A stretch of DNA of 64,000 nt from Takakia lepidozioides (taxonomy: Eukaryota > Plantae > Bryophyta): contig CM060733.1 of NCBI GenBank assembly GCA_030704615.1, positions 39,494,001 to 39,558,000 on the forward strand, written 5' to 3'. Both the position numbers and the translations under genes were made by a program. Below, piece after piece: positions 61,400 through 64,000 of the stretch (position 1 is its first letter; every line of letters starts with the position of its first letter). Under the pieces are notes generated by a model that was not told the origin of the DNA, did no database searches, and was given only the letters and a program-made list of their open reading frames with translations.

Positions 61400-64000
61400 G
61401 TCTTTTGAGGCGGGAGAGAAGGGAGAAAAAAGAATGGTACCTCACCAGGGAGAGGTTAAGAATGTTATGCCAAGCGGCGTGAAAGGGCTGGTGTGGAAGG
61501 GCTGGTGAGACTGTGAGGTATTTTGTAACCACATGTTGGAATAAGGTCTGATCTTAGTCAACATCCAACACAAAGAGTGTTATGGCAGGTTGATTTCTAC
61601 ATATGCTTGGGATCTTTTAGATTCAGACACTCAACCTTCGGATCATTGCATCATCTTGCAGGTGGCGATTTTATCCCTATGCGTACAGGTGTTTAAGCCA
61701 ACACGCAATACACTTCCACTATGGACATGGAAGCAGATGGTAGTATGGACGAGGATTTATTATATCTTTCCGGAACCATTCTTGTTTTGATACAATTCAT
61801 GATGATCACGTTCCCTGAGCTGTTCGGTTCACGTTCACGACGAAAGGCTCCGCGTTTGCGATGCAAGGCTTCTTGTTTGTTGCCACTCGAGGCCAATGGT
61901 TTGCAGCTACTTCAAATGCTGATGATCTTATTATTGACCCCTGCTTGATCATGTTCCATTCCAACCTTCAACGTTTCTTGATGATGTTGTGCTACAAGCC
62001 CAGAGCTGGAGTGTCTTCTGGTATGTGGGTAAAACACCGATCTCGAGCTTGGTTTGAAGATTTTCTGCTCCAGTATAATGGGTGGTTATCAATAATGAAG
62101 ATGAGCTCGGGCACTTTCAATTGGCTATGCCACACCTTGGCACCTGAAATTGAGATGCAAAACACCCATTACCGAAGGCCTCTATCCGTTCCAATGAGGG
62201 TAGGGGCTGTGCTTTATAAATTGTTGTGGGCAGCCACTACAATTGAGATCTCAGAGGCGTTTGGGATTGGGAGGTCCACCTTCTATGAACTTATGCGGCA
62301 AGTGGTTCCTGCCATTGTGTTGATCCTAGGTCATCACCTCCAATGGCAAGGGGGTCAAACTCTGCAAAATACATTGCTTGAAAATGAGAGGAGGACCGGG
62401 ATACCCAATATCGTCGGAGCAATTGATTGTACCCATGTGAGGATTACTGCCCCTTCCACGGACATCAAGTACGACTATTTCAATAGGAAGGGGTACTATT
62501 CTATGATACTACAAGGTGTTGTGGATGCGAATGCAAAGTTCGTCGATGTCTACATTGGTCAGCCAGGGAGCATGAATGACGCTCGGGTGCTCCAGATTTC
62601 TCCCCTCTTCCATCCAGCTTCGGAGGGCACTCTTTTGCAGGGGCCGAGTGTTAACTTAAGTGATGGACAAGCAATGGCTCCAATCTTGGTAGGTGATTCA
62701 ATCTACCCCACCCTCCCATGGCTTGTGCCTAGCTACAAGAGAGCTGCCAATGCTCCACTGCTTTCAAGAGCCAAACGAGCGTTTAACCATCAATTGTCCA
62801 AAGCTAGAATCTATTCTGTGATAGCCTTTGGTCGGTTGAAAGGCACTTTCAAAGAAGTGGGTTGGAAAAGCCAGCTTGACCTGAATTTCCTTCCCCATGT
62901 GATTCACGCATGTTGTATCTTGTACAATGTCCTGGTTGACTTCAAGGAGGTAGATTTTGATAGCATCTACACAGAGATGGATGCTCTCGCAGCTATTATG
63001 GAGCAGGATCAACTTGCTTACAATCATGAACCAGCCATCGACCGGAGGCTGGTGGATGGTACTGCCTTGAGGGAAAGATTGTGTCAACATGTCTTGAACA
63101 CGTGATCAGATATGTCTTCCCCCTTCAACTGGGCATGTGGTGTCAATTCATTGCAAACATTCGGAGCTTTATTGATGCTGCCAGGCCTAGAAGCTCTGGA
63201 CCAACACCGAGCTAGCGTGTGTGCAGCCGCAACCACAGCAGCAGCAACAGCAACAGGATGCTAAACCTCGATGAGGCTTCTGCCATTTTTTAAATCTGAA
63301 CAGACAGCACTGTTGGACACTTACTTTGTAGCGTCCTATATTTTTTGAACTTACATATTGAGCTTGTGCAAGGAGTAGGGAGTAGTACATGAGTGCATTA
63401 GCTTCTGAGAAATAGATGAGCACCTTTTTCAGGCCAAATGTGCCATCATCCTTCCACTTCCTGATATCCATAGCAGTTCAGAAGTTACAAGGGCTGGCTT
63501 TTGGTGTTGAGTTTGGAAACTGAATTTCGTTATCAGGCTCGTATAAATGCATCCCATGTCCGACAAGCTCTTGGTGTTCATGTGCCTCCCTCAGTTGTTG
63601 AGCCTCTGTTTGCCCTTGATGTTGGGGCAGAACTCTCAGCACCAGTCACAACAAGAAGCTGTAACCTTCCCAGTGACAAAGATTTGTCTTTTCCCAATTG
63701 TGCTGCAAGCAGGCTTCTGTCTGAAGCAGCAGGCAGTGCCATAGAGAACTGTCTCTCTTACAGTACAGCGAATGGACACAGTAAAGGCTTCAGATAAAAT
63801 TTGCTGGGATGTTGTACATTTGCAAAAGAGAGTGTTGGAGTCGAGAGCCATGATCTGCAGGATATGGAATGTGGCTTGAATTTTGTAAATGCCACTGGCC
63901 ACAATGGTCTGCAGGTGCCAGGTAGCACTTCTTTAGGTGGAGGGCATCGCCTTGTGCTGGAAGGACTCACCTGTTTACTACATCAGTTTTTTTAACCAAC
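61400..64000 (+). mobile_element. PIF/Harbinger element, probably extending beyond the window
   Basis: Transposase ORF; the Deg8-like gene stops just upstream. TIR not confirmed. Confidence 0.6.
61861..63105 (+). CDS. PIF/Harbinger (HARBI1-like) transposase; true start or first exon uncertain
   Basis: GAIDCTH, YFNRKG, GSMNDARV, LVGDSIYP, FNHQLSKAR..AFGRLKG and ACCILYN. Confidence 0.9.
   Translation: MQGFLFVATRGQWFAATSNADDLIIDPCLIMFHSNLQRFLMMLCYKPRAGVSSGMWVKHRSRAWFEDFLLQYNGWLSIMKMSSGTFNWLCHTLAPEIEMQNTHYRRPLSVPMRVGAVLYKLLWAATTIEISEAFGIGRSTFYELMRQVVPAIVLILGHHLQWQGGQTLQNTLLENERRTGIPNIVGAIDCTHVRITAPSTDIKYDYFNRKGYYSMILQGVVDANAKFVDVYIGQPGSMNDARVLQISPLFHPASEGTLLQGPSVNLSDGQAMAPILVGDSIYPTLPWLVPSYKRAANAPLLSRAKRAFNHQLSKARIYSVIAFGRLKGTFKEVGWKSQLDLNFLPHVIHACCILYNVLVDFKEVDFDSIYTEMDALAAIMEQDQLAYNHEPAIDRRLVDGTALRERLCQHVLNT

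Noticed and set aside
63187-64000. Harbinger Myb/SANT partner gene
   Set aside because: Expected by position, but no Myb/trihelix motif is visible within the window.

Overview
Eukaryotic nuclear DNA, most likely from a non-seed land plant (inferred from spliced plant-type genes, TTTAGGG motifs and transposon families). Three apparently intact host genes lie on the minus strand: an organelle-targeted RsmH/MraW methyltransferase (11472-14617), a CTR1-like Raf kinase (41673-49907) and an ATX1-type copper chaperone (54846-56929). There are two nested transposon islands. Island 1 (1-10.9 kb): a chromodomain Ty3/Gypsy inside a GCM-like-domain MULE, which abuts a second, truncated MULE. Island 2 (17.8-40 kb): a large MULE with a Ulp1-like protease, containing a TIR/TSD-bounded MULE, a degenerate LTR remnant and a Ty3/Gypsy element. 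The window ends with two gene fragments (a DUF2834-like membrane protein and a Deg8-like protease) and a PIF/Harbinger transposase. The best candidate for something new is the Gypsy element at about 28.7-36.2 kb. Once a 3.9-kb internal inversion is undone, it reads Gag-protease-[relic of a cytosine-5 DNA methyltransferase with its core deleted]-RT-RNaseH-integrase-PHD finger, i.e. a retrotransposon lineage that appears to have carried both a methylation writer and a histone reader. Other notable items: a tRNA-like cassette with TGTGG...CCACA ends in an RsmH intron, a ~1-kb duplication bracketing island 2, and inverted repeats around the ATX1 coding exons. All family assignments come from motif recognition by eye; no database searches were run, and some coordinates are approximate.
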